64,000 nucleotides of DNA, from assembly GCA_965240325.2 (NCBI GenBank), contig OZ251255.1:434001-498000 (forward strand), read 5' to 3'. A program made the translations under genes and the position numbers. The notes beneath the pieces were generated by a model that did not search any database, was not told the origin of the DNA, and saw nothing but the letters and a program-made list of their open reading frames with translations. Below are positions 26,217 through 38,100 of this stretch, one piece after another. Positions within the stretch are counted from its first letter, which is position 1, and each line of letters starts with the position of its first letter. This DNA comes from Rebecca billardiae RCC1528. Lineage: Eukaryota > Protista > Haptophyta.

Positions 26217-29200
26217 TCAGATGCTGAGCACACACTCGCCAGCAGCAGCAGCAGCGACGAGAGCGGGCGCCGGTGCTGCTACTCGTCGCATCACCCCGCG
26301 GTCGTCGCCTCCGCCCGACGCGCCCCCCCCCGCAGCAGCAGCAGCAGCAGCCTGCTGCCGCTGCTGCTCGCCGCTCGCGGCCCCCGCCTCGGTGGTGGAT
26401 GTCGTCGCCGCCGCCGCCGCAGCGGCAGTGGGCGGCGCGCGGCCCGACTGCCGCCACGCCGCGCGCAGCGCTTTGGCGCCGCCCGCCGCGCTGATCTTGC
26501 CGTTGCCGTCGAGCGCCAGCCGGCGGAGCGTCGCGTTCGGCCGATCGCCGCGCAGCGCGTCGGCGAGCGCGCGCGCGCCGCCGTCGCCGATCCCGTTCTC
26601 GCGGAGCGTGAGCTCGGTGAGCGTGGCGTTCTGCCGCAGGCACGCGCCGAACGCCGCGGCGCCCTTGTCGCCGAAGCGGTTCCGATCCGCCCAGAGCTGG
26701 AGCACCGAGCGATTCGCGCCGAGCGCCGCCGCGATGGACGCGCCCGCTTCGGGCGGCAGGTCCGCGCCGCTCACGCGCAGTTGCAGGAGGGACGTCGCGC
26801 CTCGCAGGCCGTGGGCGAAGGCGGCGGCGCCCGGCGCGCCTAGCTGGGAGTAGTCGAGCGTGAGGCGCGTGAGTGTGCGACTGTCGCGCACGGCCTCGCC
26901 CAGCGCGCGCGCGCCCGCCGCGGAGCTCGTGAAGCCGATCAGACTCGCGGCGGTGAGGGACGGGCTGGCGCGGACGCAGCGCGCGCACGCGACAGCGCCC
27001 GCCTCGGTGAGCGCACAGGACTCGAGCCAGAGCTCCCGGACTCTGGGCTTCGCGCCGAGCGCGTCGAAGAGGCCCGCCTGCGCCTCGTCGTCGGACAGCG
27101 CGCCCGCGCGACCGCCCGGCTGCGCTCCGATCTCCTCGCCACCCTCGCCGCCGCCCTCGCCGCCGCCCTCGCCGCCGCCCTCGTCGCCCTCCGCCCGGTC
27201 CGCCTCCGCCGCCTCGCCGCCGTCGGCGTCGGCAGGCGGCGTGGTGAGCGGCTCAAGCAGCGTCAGGCTGCGCAGCTGCGCGCAGCCCTCGCGCAGCGCA
27301 GCGCCGAGCGCGCGCGCGCCACGCGCGCCCATGCCCGTCCCGCCGAGCCGCAGCTCCCGGAGGCTCTCCCGGTTCCGCCGCAGCCCGTCCGCGAGCGCCT
27401 CGACGCAGTCGGCGCCGAGCGCGGTGGCGCGCACTGTGACGGTCACGAGGCGCGGCGCGGCCGCGCGCAGCGCGGCGCGCAGCGCGGCGCGCTCCTCTGC
27501 GCCCAGGGCGCAGTCGTGGAGGCTGAGGGCGGAGACGCGCCCGTCCGGGCTTGAGAGAACGCGCGCAAGCCCGCCGACCACCTGTCGCGGGAGGCAGCGG
27601 AGTGTCACGTCTTCGAGGCTCAGGGGCAGCGCGGCGCCAAGGGCGGCCGCGTGCTCGGGCGCGACGCGCGCCGCCGTGGCAGCCTGGTGCTTCTTCGCAC
27701 CGCCGCGCGCGCCCGGCGGCGCGGGCCCGCGCGTGGCGGCGCGCACGGCGCCGCCCGACGCTACCAGTCTGCGCAGCCGCGAGTCGCCCAGCTCGGCCAG
27801 GAGCGCAGACCAGTCCGCCGCATCCGCGCTGCTCGCGCCGCCGTCGCGCGCGCCGCCGCGCGCCAGCAGCGCGCCGAGCCGCGCGGAGAGGAAGCGCGCG
27901 CGCACGGTCGCGTCGAGCGCGCGCTGCTCGTCACCCACGGCGCGGAGGATGGCGGCGAGGTCGCGCGGCTCGCTCGCGCGCGCGTCGGCGATCGCGAACG
28001 CCGCCGCGCGCGCGCCCAGCCCCCGCGGGAACGCCGCCTCGCGCTGCCGCTTCCGCTCGGAATCTTCCAAGTCTTCCGCGTGGAACCCATCGACCAGCGC
28101 GACGCCGACCGTTGGTCGCTCCTCGGCGGGGTCGGGCACGCGGCAGTCCCCGCCGCCGCGCTGCCGCCGGTGCTGCGTCGACGACGACGGCGCGTGCCGA
28201 GGGTTGCGCACGGCAACGAGCACGTCGTGCAGAAACCCGGGGCCGCGGCCGCTCACCAGACTTGTGTACAGTTCAAACCCAACCCACGCGCGCGTGAACG
28301 CTGCGCCCTCGCGGTCGACGACGCTCACGGTGCCGTCGGCGAGCTGAAGCGCGCGGTAGAACGGCGAGTGCGCCACGGGGCCCGCCAGCTCCGTGCCCAC
28401 GGCGTGCTGCCGAATCGCGTACGCACACACCCAGTATACGGTCGCGCCCGTCGCCTCCGACGGCGCGCCGGCCGGCGCGCGCGCGCGCGCGTGCTCGTGC
28501 AGGCACGCGACGAAGTCGGCGACGGGCTCGCCCCACCAGTGGCTCACGAACCACTGCGGCGGCTGCGGCCCGTTCGCCACGAGCTCCACCAGGCTGCACC
28601 CCCGCGCGCGCGTCGCCGGCAGGATCAGGTGCGCGTTGAGGTCATACAGCGAGATTGTATCTCGCGAGAGCGGCGCGCCGGCGCGCGCGGGGTCGGTGGA
28701 GGTCCAGCGCTCGCGCGCGCAGAGGACGGTGGCCGCGTCGAGCAGCCGGTCGAGCTGCTCGAGCGTGATCCCGCGCAGCGCCGCCTCGCCGATCTCGCAG
28801 CCCGAGAAGTTGCCGCCGCCCCGAGGGTTAAGGACAGCCCAGCGCTCGGACGGTCGGAGCGGCGCCGGAGCGACGAGCGAGCCCTCGGCAAACTCGTGGC
28901 CGCGCGCCATGACCACCGCGTCGGGTGTGCCGGGAGGCGGCGGACCGGCCGGGAGGCCGGCCTCCCACGCGTGCAGCTCCGCGTACCACCGCGCGAGCGA
29001 CGCGGCGCCGCCCGCCGGGTCGGGCAGCGGGCGCGCGCGCATGAACGCGCGCGCGCGCAAGCGGCAGCTCCAAGTCGTCGGCGAGCGCGGCCAGGGCCAG
29101 GAAGTGGCGTGCACCGAGCGCAGCGCCAGAGTCGTGCTCGAAGCGCGCCCAGGCGCGCTCGGACGCGCCCTCCACCTCGGCGGCGGGCGCGCGGACGGCC

Positions 29201-29319
29201 TCCGCGGCATGCGGCTCCGCGGCCGCGCGCGCGCGCGCGGCCGCGCCGACGACTTGCGTGGCCGCCTGCACGGCTCGGCCGCCGCGCCGGGAGGATTCGG
29301 ATGACGCGCCGTTTCCCAT
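26217..29319 (-). CDS. N-myristoylated TIR/HET-like domain plus ribonuclease-inhibitor-type LRR protein (frameshift at a (CG)n tract)
   Basis: MGNGASS start at 29319. PQWFVSHWWG...YWVCAYAIRQH...FTRAWVGFE. C-terminal LRRs such as LTELTLRENGIGDGGARALADAL. The N-terminal frame joins the main frame only across (CG)n 29046..29058. Confidence 0.75.
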
Positions 29320-29907
29320 CGCGCGCTCGCGGCGTGCCCCGTGCGATCGCCCACGTGCTCACGCAAGCGCCGAGCGCTGGCCGCCGTTGCTCGTCAGCCC
29401 ACCGTGCGCGCGGCCGCCGAGAGACGGACGGGCCCTGATGATCGCGTGTTGACTGGCCCAAAGAAATGGCCAAGCGGCAAGCGCGGCCCCGGGCCGGGCG
29501 GACGAAACTGACTTGAACCAATTCCGACGGCGCTACGGCAGCCCTCATCAATCGGTGACGGCCGTGACGGCTTCCGATGCCAGGCGGTGACAGTTGGCGG
29601 GCGTCAATCCGTCGCCTACTAGTAGATGACAGACACGTGCGGAGTGACGCCTTGATGACGTCATCGCGTGTGCGCGCGAGGGTCAGCGACGCCGGCGGAT
29701 GCCGGTGCCACGGTGGCGGCGCGCTGGGCATCATTGCGATGCGGCCGGATCTGGCGGACGCCGACCGTACGTGAAGGCCAAGGGCAGGCCGGCACCCTGA
29801 CCGGAAACCCGCCGGCGCACCGCCGTCCGCCGGCCGCGACGCATGCGGCTCGCCCGCGGGCGCGACTGGTCCCGTGCCCGACCGCTGACCCCAGCGTGTG
29901 CGCGTGC

Positions 29908-30741
29908 TCACGAGGTCTCCACTTTCTCGACGTCCCAGAAGTTGAGGTAGCAGTCGACCATGTAGTCCGTCGGCTTCTCCTTCCGCCAGCGCTCCGCGTC
30001 GGCCGGCTTGTTGTAACGGTATTTGTGGAGGCTCTCGTGGTTGGCTGGGTTCAGCCAGCGGCCTGCGTACGCGTGGCCGTTGTTCGCGACGTTGTTCTCG
30101 GCCCACTCGTCGAGGTTGGTGAGGAAGTGGATGGCCATCAGGTTGAGCACGCAGTCCAGCACCGTCTCCGCCATCGCGTTCACCAGCACCGTCGTCACCA
30201 TGCAGATTGTGCCCTGAAACTGCTCGCGCGCAGCGACGCGCGTGAGGACGGCGTGCGGCCGGTCGACGGCAGGCGGGTCGCCGAGGCGCTCGCACACGGC
30301 AACGTAGCTGCTGTACATCTCCTCGTACCGGCGCAGCACCAGGTTGTACGACTCGCCGTACCCGGCGAGCAGCATCACAGGGATCGTCACCACCACACGG
30401 ATGGCGAACAGCAGCCAAAAGTACTGACGCGCCGTGAGCGACGAGAAGACGATGTCATCGCCCTCCTCCTCGAGGTCGACGATGCGCTGGCCGAAGTTGA
30501 GCGCCGAGTCGGCGAGCATCAGCACGCAGTACACGGCGAGCATCACCGGCGCGACGTGAAACTTCCCCGGCATCTTCAGCCGCATTCGCCAGCCGGCCTC
30601 GGTCGAGTATTCGTCATACATTGCGGCGAGCCCCTGGCGCAGCGACGCCTGGAGGGTGCGCAGACCAGCGCGCTGCTCAGCCGTGAGCTCTGGGCCCTGC
30701 GGGTTGAGCGGGTCGCCCTCCTTGTACCGGCGTGGGGGCAT
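29908..30741 (-). CDS. Intronless multi-pass membrane protein of unknown function
   Basis: Normal amino-acid composition, strong GC3 bias, 3-4 hydrophobic segments, TVLDCVLNLMAIHFLTNLDE motif. Confidence 0.75.
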   Translation of the reverse strand: MPPRRYKEGDPLNPQGPELTAEQRAGLRTLQASLRQGLAAMYDEYSTEAGWRMRLKMPGKFHVAPVMLAVYCVLMLADSALNFGQRIVDLEEEGDDIVFSSLTARQYFWLLFAIRVVVTIPVMLLAGYGESYNLVLRRYEEMYSSYVAVCERLGDPPAVDRPHAVLTRVAAREQFQGTICMVTTVLVNAMAETVLDCVLNLMAIHFLTNLDEWAENNVANNGHAYAGRWLNPANHESLHKYRYNKPADAERWRKEKPTDYMVDCYLNFWDVEKVETS

Positions 30742-31199
30742 GGCGTCGGCGAATGTGGGCGAGCGGCGGCAAAGCAGTTGACGCCGTCGTCGTGCTTGAC
30801 GTCGGTCAACTTTCATTCACGTCATCGACTATGGGGGTACGACTTGTTTTTATTGCATGAAGTTTCTGAACAACTACTTTCCGATACAGTTGACTGAAAG
30901 AATCAGAGTAGAACTTGCGCATAATAATGACTGTCGTTTCTCTGGCGCGGCATTCATGCGGACGAAAACCGGAAAAGTTCCTCTTATTTAGTGGGATGCT
31001 GGGCGCCGCGATGCATTGCATGCCGGCCGATTTAATGATACAGTAGATGGTTTATGCGGTGCTGGGCGTGCAGCGCCTCGCCCTGCGTGCGACCACCACG
31101 GGCCGGCACCGCACTGTTACTGACTGACTCCCCGGCGTGTGCCCCGAGTGCCGGCGTGCCGTCACGTGGTCTCCACCACTCGGGACGAGCCCACCAGGC

Positions 31200-31810
31200 C
31201 TTCTCGACGTCCCAGAAGTGCATGCAGGTGAGCAGTCAGCCATGATGTAGGGCCGTCGTCGCGGCTTCACTTCTTCCTGCCACTACCGGCATGTTGACCA
31301 CGCCGGCAGTCACAGCTGCCAGCACCGTCTCGTCCGCCATATCGCGTCAGCGGCACCGTGGCGTCACCTTGCAGATGATGCCCGCCAGGAACTGCTCACG
31401 CCGCCGGTCGCGGGCCCGACCAGGCGCTCAGCCTGCCACTCTTATGGCGGCCGCCCGATGGCTAGTGCCGCGGCGCCGGCTGGTCGACGGTTGGCGGGAC
31501 GTCGGTCCGGGACGACGCCGAGGCGCTCGGCACTCACACCGGCCGCGTCCGCCTAGCTGCGGCGCTGCACAGCTCCGCTGGTATCGACTACGACGCAGCA
31601 CCAGCACAGCCGGCACCAGCTGGTGGCACTGGCGCCGATCATGACTCTGTGACGAAGCCTTCAAGAAGTTATCGACGGTCCGGCCCGGCCCGACCCCGGC
31701 TGAAGCGCGCCGCATTGTCAGGCCGCGAACCGGTGCACAGCTGCTCCGAGCAGCAGCCTGCCACTGCTGATGTCTGATGCCGAGCAGCGCGGCCCGACGC
31801 GACGATTGTC
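31200..31810 (-). pseudogene. Degenerate tandem paralog of the 29908..30741 gene
   Basis: Colinear matches (TTCTCGACGTCCCAGAAGT; CCAGCACCGTCT..CCGCCAT; CGCCGAGGCGCTCG) interrupted by many 1-4 nt insertions and deletions. Confidence 0.8.
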
Positions 31811-31926
31811 CGGTCGCGTCTGCTGCGACACGCTGATGATGGCCCATCAGCTGGGGTAGTGGCCCGGCGGCCGCCCGCCGCGCCCGTCGGGCTATCGTCC
31901 GATCATAGCACTGCTCGCCATCGCGC

Positions 31927-34473
31927 CTACGTCACCGGCCAAGCAGGCAGCACGACCGGCGCTGGGCCTCGGACAGCCGCTCGCGCATCCTCCGCAGCAG
32001 TCAGCAGGGGCTTCGCCGCCGCCGCCGCTGCCGTCCGCGCCACCGCCTGATCGTCGGCCGGGGCGTGCGCCGCGCCGTCAGTCGGAGAAGCCCCCGCCGC
32101 TGCCCCCGCCGCGGTGGCCTCCGCGTGGCCGAGTGCCGCTAGCTCTGCCGAGCCGAACGAGAGGAAACCGCCGTGGCGGCCGCCGCCACTGTCGCCGCCG
32201 CCTCCGTCTCGTCTGGACGCGCTGCCCCCGCCTCCGGACGGGACCTGCTGCTGCGGAGCACCGGACCCGGGCGCTCCGGAGCCGGACCGGACCTCGACGA
32301 TGCTGCATGCGGCGCCGGCGCACACGCCGAGCGCAAACACGCCCGAGTCCGCCAGCGCCTCGACGCGTGTCGGCACCTCGCAGTCCGGGGGCAGCTGCGC
32401 CTCCCCGGGTTCCCGGCCCGCGTTCCCGCCCTGCCCGAGCGCGCCGTGCGTGCCGCGGCCGCACGCGTACACGGCGCCGCGCGCGTCGAGAAACAGGCTG
32501 TGCTCGGCGCCGGCCGAGATTGCGATCACGGCCGGGGGCGGTGACAGCGGCACCACGCCGCCGCCGTCCAGCCGCCCCGCGCTCGGCGCCGGGCCGCGCC
32601 CGACGAACGGCTCGAGCCGCGCCGGCCTGAACACGGACGGCAGCGCCACCGCCGCCTTGCACCAGCGCGGCCTGCCGAGCCCGAGCCGCCCGCCCTCGGC
32701 GCAGCCGCACGCGTACACGCTGCCGTCCGCGGCGAGGAGGAGGGTGTGCGAGCGGCCTGCGCTCGCGCTGACGACGCGCACGGCGGCGAGCGAGTCGACG
32801 CGCCGCGGGAGCAGCTCGAGCACCGCTGGGGCACTGCTGTCACAACCGTCGCCGCCGCCGCCGCCGCCGCCGTGAGCGCCGCCGCCGCCGCCGGCGGAAG
32901 CGCTCACGCCGCCGGCGTGGGCCCCGTCGCAGGCGCCACAGTCCGCCGCGCCTTCGCGCCTGCGCGCGTCGGCGGTGCCGTCGCCGGCGGCGGCGGCAGT
33001 GGCGTGGGCGCCGCGTGGGCGCTCGGTGGCGCTGCCCGCGCTGTGCCGCCTGCCGCCCGCGCCGCCATCTCCGGCGTATCTCCCGCTCGAGATCTGATCT
33101 CCCGCCGATCTCGTCGCCGCGTCCGCATCTGCGGGCGCGCGCTGCCCGGCATCGCCGCCCAAGTCTGCCGCGGCGGCGGCCGAGCCACGGCGCTCGTCGT
33201 GTGCCCAGCGCGGCACGTCGGCCACCGCCGTCGGCCGGCCGTGGCCGAGCTGCCCGCTGTCCGCGCGGCCCCACGCCCACACCCGACCGTCCGCCGCCAC
33301 GGCTACTGTGTGGTCCCGGCCAGCGCTCACGCCAACCACCGCGCCCGCGCGCGCCGCGAGCGAGTCGATGCGGCGCGGCGTGTACTGCCGCTCCTCGCCG
33401 CCGTGGCCGAGCACGCCACACAGCCCGTGGCCCCAGCTGTACACGCCGCCGTCGGCGCCCAGCGCAAAGCTCTGCACCTGCGCCACGGCCAGGCGGCGTG
33501 GCGCGTCCGGGGGGGGGGGGGGGGGCATGGCGCGCGCGGCGCGGCGCCCCTCAGCCAGTCAGACGCGCCGCCGTCCGGCCACGCGGGTCAGCCGCGCGCG
33601 CGCGGTACGCGCCACGGAGAGGCCGCGCTCTCCTCCGCCGCGGGAGATCGCGATCTCGCCGGGCCCCTCGGCGCCGCGCGAGATCGCGATCTCGGCACGC
33701 ACCTGCGCGGCAGCGACTGCCGCGACACGCACCGAGTACGCGAGGGCGGCGACCGGGCGCGGCGCGCACTGGTCCTCCTCGTCGCCGTGCCCCAGCCGCC
33801 CCGCGCCGCCACGGCCGCAGCTGTACACACGCCCCGCCGCGCTCAGCAGCAGCAGGTGGCTCCCGCCGGCTGCCACAGCCACCATGCGAACCGCCGCCGC
33901 CGGGCCGGCGACCGGCCGCGGCGTCGGCACGCACAGGGGCGGCGCGTGGCTCGTCGGCGGCGTGGGCGGGCCCGGGCCGCCGTGGCCCAGCGCGGCCTCG
34001 AGTGCACTGCGCACCAGCGTGTGCCCGCGCAGGAAGTGGCCACACGTCGAGACGCTGCCGCCGCGCCGCCCGGCGGCGGCGGCGCCGCAGCCGCCGCCAC
34101 CGCCGCCGCCGCGGGCGTCCACAAACGCGCTGAACACGGCGCGCACGGTGCCACCGCACGCGACGAGGCGCGAGTGGCCGCACGGCGCGGCCGCACGCCG
34201 CTCGCGCACGAGCAGCGCGTGCGCCCACGACGCCGCGCCGGCCGGGAGCGCGCGCGGCAATTCCGAGTCGCCGCGAGCAGCCGCGCGCGCGCGCAGCGCG
34301 CGCTCGAGCGGGGCGAAGCGGAGGGCGCGGCAAGTGGCGCTCGTGCGCGCGAGGTCGTCGAGGTGCTCGACGTGGAGCAGCACGAGCTCGAGCAGCGCGT
34401 CGGGCAGCGCGTCGACGAGCGAGAGCGCGGGCACCTCGAGGAGGTGCCCACCCACCAGCTCGGCGGCCGCCAT
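31927..34473 (-). CDS. F-box plus RCC1-repeat protein
   Basis: LVDALPDALLELVLLHV..LARTSATCRAL (F-box). Multiple VAAGGSH/VSAGRDH/YSCGRG..GRLGHG repeats. Intron 33478..33702. Confidence 0.85.
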
Positions 34474-34629
34474 CGTGCTCCGGCCGCGGCGGCCAAGAGC
34501 GATCTTGCGCGCGAGATTTCGCCGCAGCGCCGCCATTTCTTTACGCCGCCGCATCAGCCCCCGTCTGTGGGCGGTGCCGCGGAGGCGCAAGAGGGGCGCG
34601 CGTCGCGGCGCGCGTGCGCTTCGTGCACG

Positions 34630-35135
34630 ATGCGGGGCTCGCGCGAGGTGTGCCTCGCCGCGCTCGTCGTCACCATGATGATCTCGTGGTACGCCGTCAA
34701 CCTCCACCCGGACCTGAGCGTAACGGACGCCCCGCGCAACCGCCGTTTCGGCGGCGGCGTGGGCGCGTTGCACGCGCAGCGCGCGCTCGTGGCGAACGCG
34801 GGGATGGCGGCGGCGGCGGACACGGCGGCTGCGCACGGCGGGCAGGGGGCGCATGCCGCCGCGTCCACGCCCGGCTCGAGCGGGGCCCTCGCCGCAGTCA
34901 CGGGCGGCGGCGCGGTGGGCGCGGCGGCGGGCGGCGGCGGCGCGGCCGCGGCCGCCGCCGAGTCGGGCGCAGGGTGCCCCCCCGACCGCCGGCCGTATCA
35001 CGTCATCATGACCGCCGCCTCGGGCAAGTACCAGGTGCGTGCACGCGCCCGCGGCCCGCGCGCCCCCCGGCCGCCCCGGCCCTGCGCCCCGGTGCGCGCG
35101 CGCGCGCGATCGCTCTGTTGGCCCGGCTTTGCTGA

Positions 35136-35166
<31 letters not shown>

Positions 35167-38100
35167 GCGGCTGCGTGCGCGCAGGAGTGGCAGTCGCGCA
35201 TCGCGTACTACCACTACAAGAAGCAGAAGGCCCTGCACCCGTGCTCGGAGATGGGCGGCTTCACGCGCCTCGTCAACCTCCCAGGCGGTGTGCGCGCGCC
35301 CGCGCGCCGCCCTTGGGCGCGGCGCCGGCGGCGGGGGGCGCGGCGCCGGCGGCGGGGGGCGCGCCGCCGGCGGCGGGGGGCGCGCCGCCGGCGGCGGGCG
35401 CGGCAGGTCTCGCGCCGGCGCGGTTGTGCCGGTGGTTTGGGCAGGGGGTGGCGGTGTGGGTGTGTGGGCGGCTGGGTGGGGGCGGGTGGCGGGCATCGGG
35501 CGTCGTGCGCGAGCCGCACGCGCGGCGGCGGAGGCTGGGTTGCCTAGCCCACTGCCGGCGCCCACTGCGGGCGCGCACGCTCGAACGCACCGCACCGCGC
35601 GCGCCCCGCCCGCTGCCACCACCACCGCCGCCGCCGCTCACCCCCGCGCCCGCCGGCACCCCCGCCGCCGCCCGCCGCGCGTGCCCGCAGGCAAGCCCGA
35701 CGCCCTCGTCGCCGAGATGCCCACTGTCGTTGTGCAGCAGCTGTCGGGCGGGCGGCGCGAGGGCGGCGATTACGGATTCATCGTCATGAACAGGTGCGCG
35801 GCGGTTACAAACGGTTACGGGCGGTTACGGACGGTTGCGGGCGGTGACGGGCGGTGGCGGGCGCTGGGGGGGCGGTGGGCGGAGGCGCGGGGGCGGGGCC
35901 GCGTGGCAGCGCCACGAGCGCGCCAGTGGCGGCGGGTGGGCGGGAGTGCAGGGCGGCGCGCGCGCGCGCTCGCTCGCCGCGCGGCGGCGCCGCCGCCGCT
36001 GCGGACAGCTGCCGCCGCCGTGGCCCCTTGCAGCGCAGCGAGTCCGGGGCGTGGACGGACTCAGCCCCCTCCACCCCTCGCGCCCCGCCCTCTCGCGCGC
36101 AGGCCGTGGGGCGTGATGCAGCTGCTCAAGACCGAGCACTGGCGCGCCATCCCTGAGGAGTATGTCCTCATTCTCGAGACTGACCATTTATTTATGCACC
36201 CGCCGCCGAATAAAGCGACGCCCACGCAGCCCGCGGCGTTCAAATTCTACTACATGAACTCGAAGGCGCGTGCGCGCGCGCGCGCGGGCGGAGGGGCCGG
36301 GCGGCGGTGTCGGCGGCCGGCTGGCTGGCTGGGGACTGGCACGGCCCGCCTGCCGCTCGCGCGCGCGCGGGGTCGCCGCCGGCGCCGGGAGCGGCTGCGC
36401 GCGCGCCCTTGGCAGGCCGAAACCGCGTGCGCGTGCGCCGCACCCAGCGGACTCTCCCGGACTCCCCTCCCCCGCCCCCGCGCGCGCAGGACGTGAAGCT
36501 GCAGCCGGTGATCCGCAAGTACTGGCAGGGCAGCTTCGACGAGGTCGACCCCGTGGGCCCCTCTCCCGCCATCATGACCAAAGCCATGCTTGAGCGCATC
36601 ACGCCGGCATGGTGCGCGCGCGGGGCGGCGCGGCGCGTTGTGGCGCGGTGCGATGTGGCGCGGTGTGGCGTGCGCGCGCGGTGCGCACGCCGCGCGGCGG
36701 CGGCGCGGCGTGTGCGCCGCTGTGTGTGCTCTGGAGGAGGCCAGGGGAGGGGTGCGGACAGCACGCGCGGGGGTCGGGCGCTCGCCCACGCCTCGCGCCA
36801 CCAGCCCGTGCCCCCTCCTCTGCCTCACCCCCCTCCTATTTGATCCCCCGACGCGGTGTATTGATTGGCTGTATGCATTCGATCGGTTGCCGTATGCATT
36901 TGCTGCGTTGCCGTGTGTGCAGGTGGGACTACTCCCTGCGCATGAAGCGCGACGACCCGGACGCCAACCGAGAGTTTGGCTGGGTGCTCGAGATGTGGGG
37001 GTACACGCTCGGCGTGCTCTCTCTCGGCATCCACCACATCGTCGACCCAGAGTTCCAGGTGCGGCCGGGCGCGGGGGGGGGGGGGGGGGGTGAGGGTGAG
37101 GGTGAGGGGTAGGGTTGGGGCGCGCCGCGGGGCCGGGCGCGCCGTGGATCTGGGCGGGAGGGGCCGGGCGCGGGGCGCGCCGTGCGGCCGGGCGCGCCGC
37201 GCGGGGCCGGGGCGGCGGCCGTGCGGGGCAGGGGCGGCGCTCGGGCGCGCTGCGGGGCCGGGCGATGACAGAGAGCGTGCACGTGCGTGTGTGGTGCGGC
37301 GTGTGGCGTGTGCATGCGCCTGCGTGTCTGTGCGGATCTATGCGGACGTGTGCGTGTGTATCCCGCCCCCCCCTCACGCACGCGCCTTCCGTGCCGTGCG
37401 CCGCGCCGCGCGCGCCTCCGCCGCCGCGGTGCCGCCCCGGCGCCCTCGTGCGCGCCGGGCGGCCCTCCCCACGACGCCACGCCGCCGCACACACCCACAC
37501 ACACCGGCGGCACACCAGTGCGAGCCGCAGGGCACCGGGATGGACGGCATGCACATTTACCCGATCTACCACTACACCTTTGACATCCGGACCGACACGG
37601 TCTGGTCGGTCTCGAAGCGCACCTTCCACGGCCGGTACTTTCCGCGAAACTACCGGATGCCGCCGCCGTGCTCGTCCGAGTCGCACTTCGCGCTCGCCGG
37701 CATGTTCAACGAGGCGTCGGCCAACCTGCCCGGCTGGGAGGGCGACGACGCCAAGGGTGACAGGTGCGGCGGCGGTCGCAGTGGCAGTGGCGGCTTGCGG
37801 CAGTGGCGGACACGCGGCGCAGCGCACCCCCGGCGACGCCCTCGCGCTCCTCTGAGCCGACCCTGCCCACTCGCACCCGGCCGGCCCTACCCTACACCGC
37901 CCACACACGCCTCGGCGCCCGCGCGCGCGCAGCCAGCCGTGGCCGGCTCGCACGGACGACTGGCGGAACGACTACAGCGTCCCGCCCTCCGCGGCGGACG
38001 CGGCCGTGGCCGCGGCAGCCACGACGCCTGGGCACTGGCCGACGCCGCTGCGCCCGACAGACCCCGCGTTCGGCGCGGCGGCGGCGCGCGGCGCGCGCGC

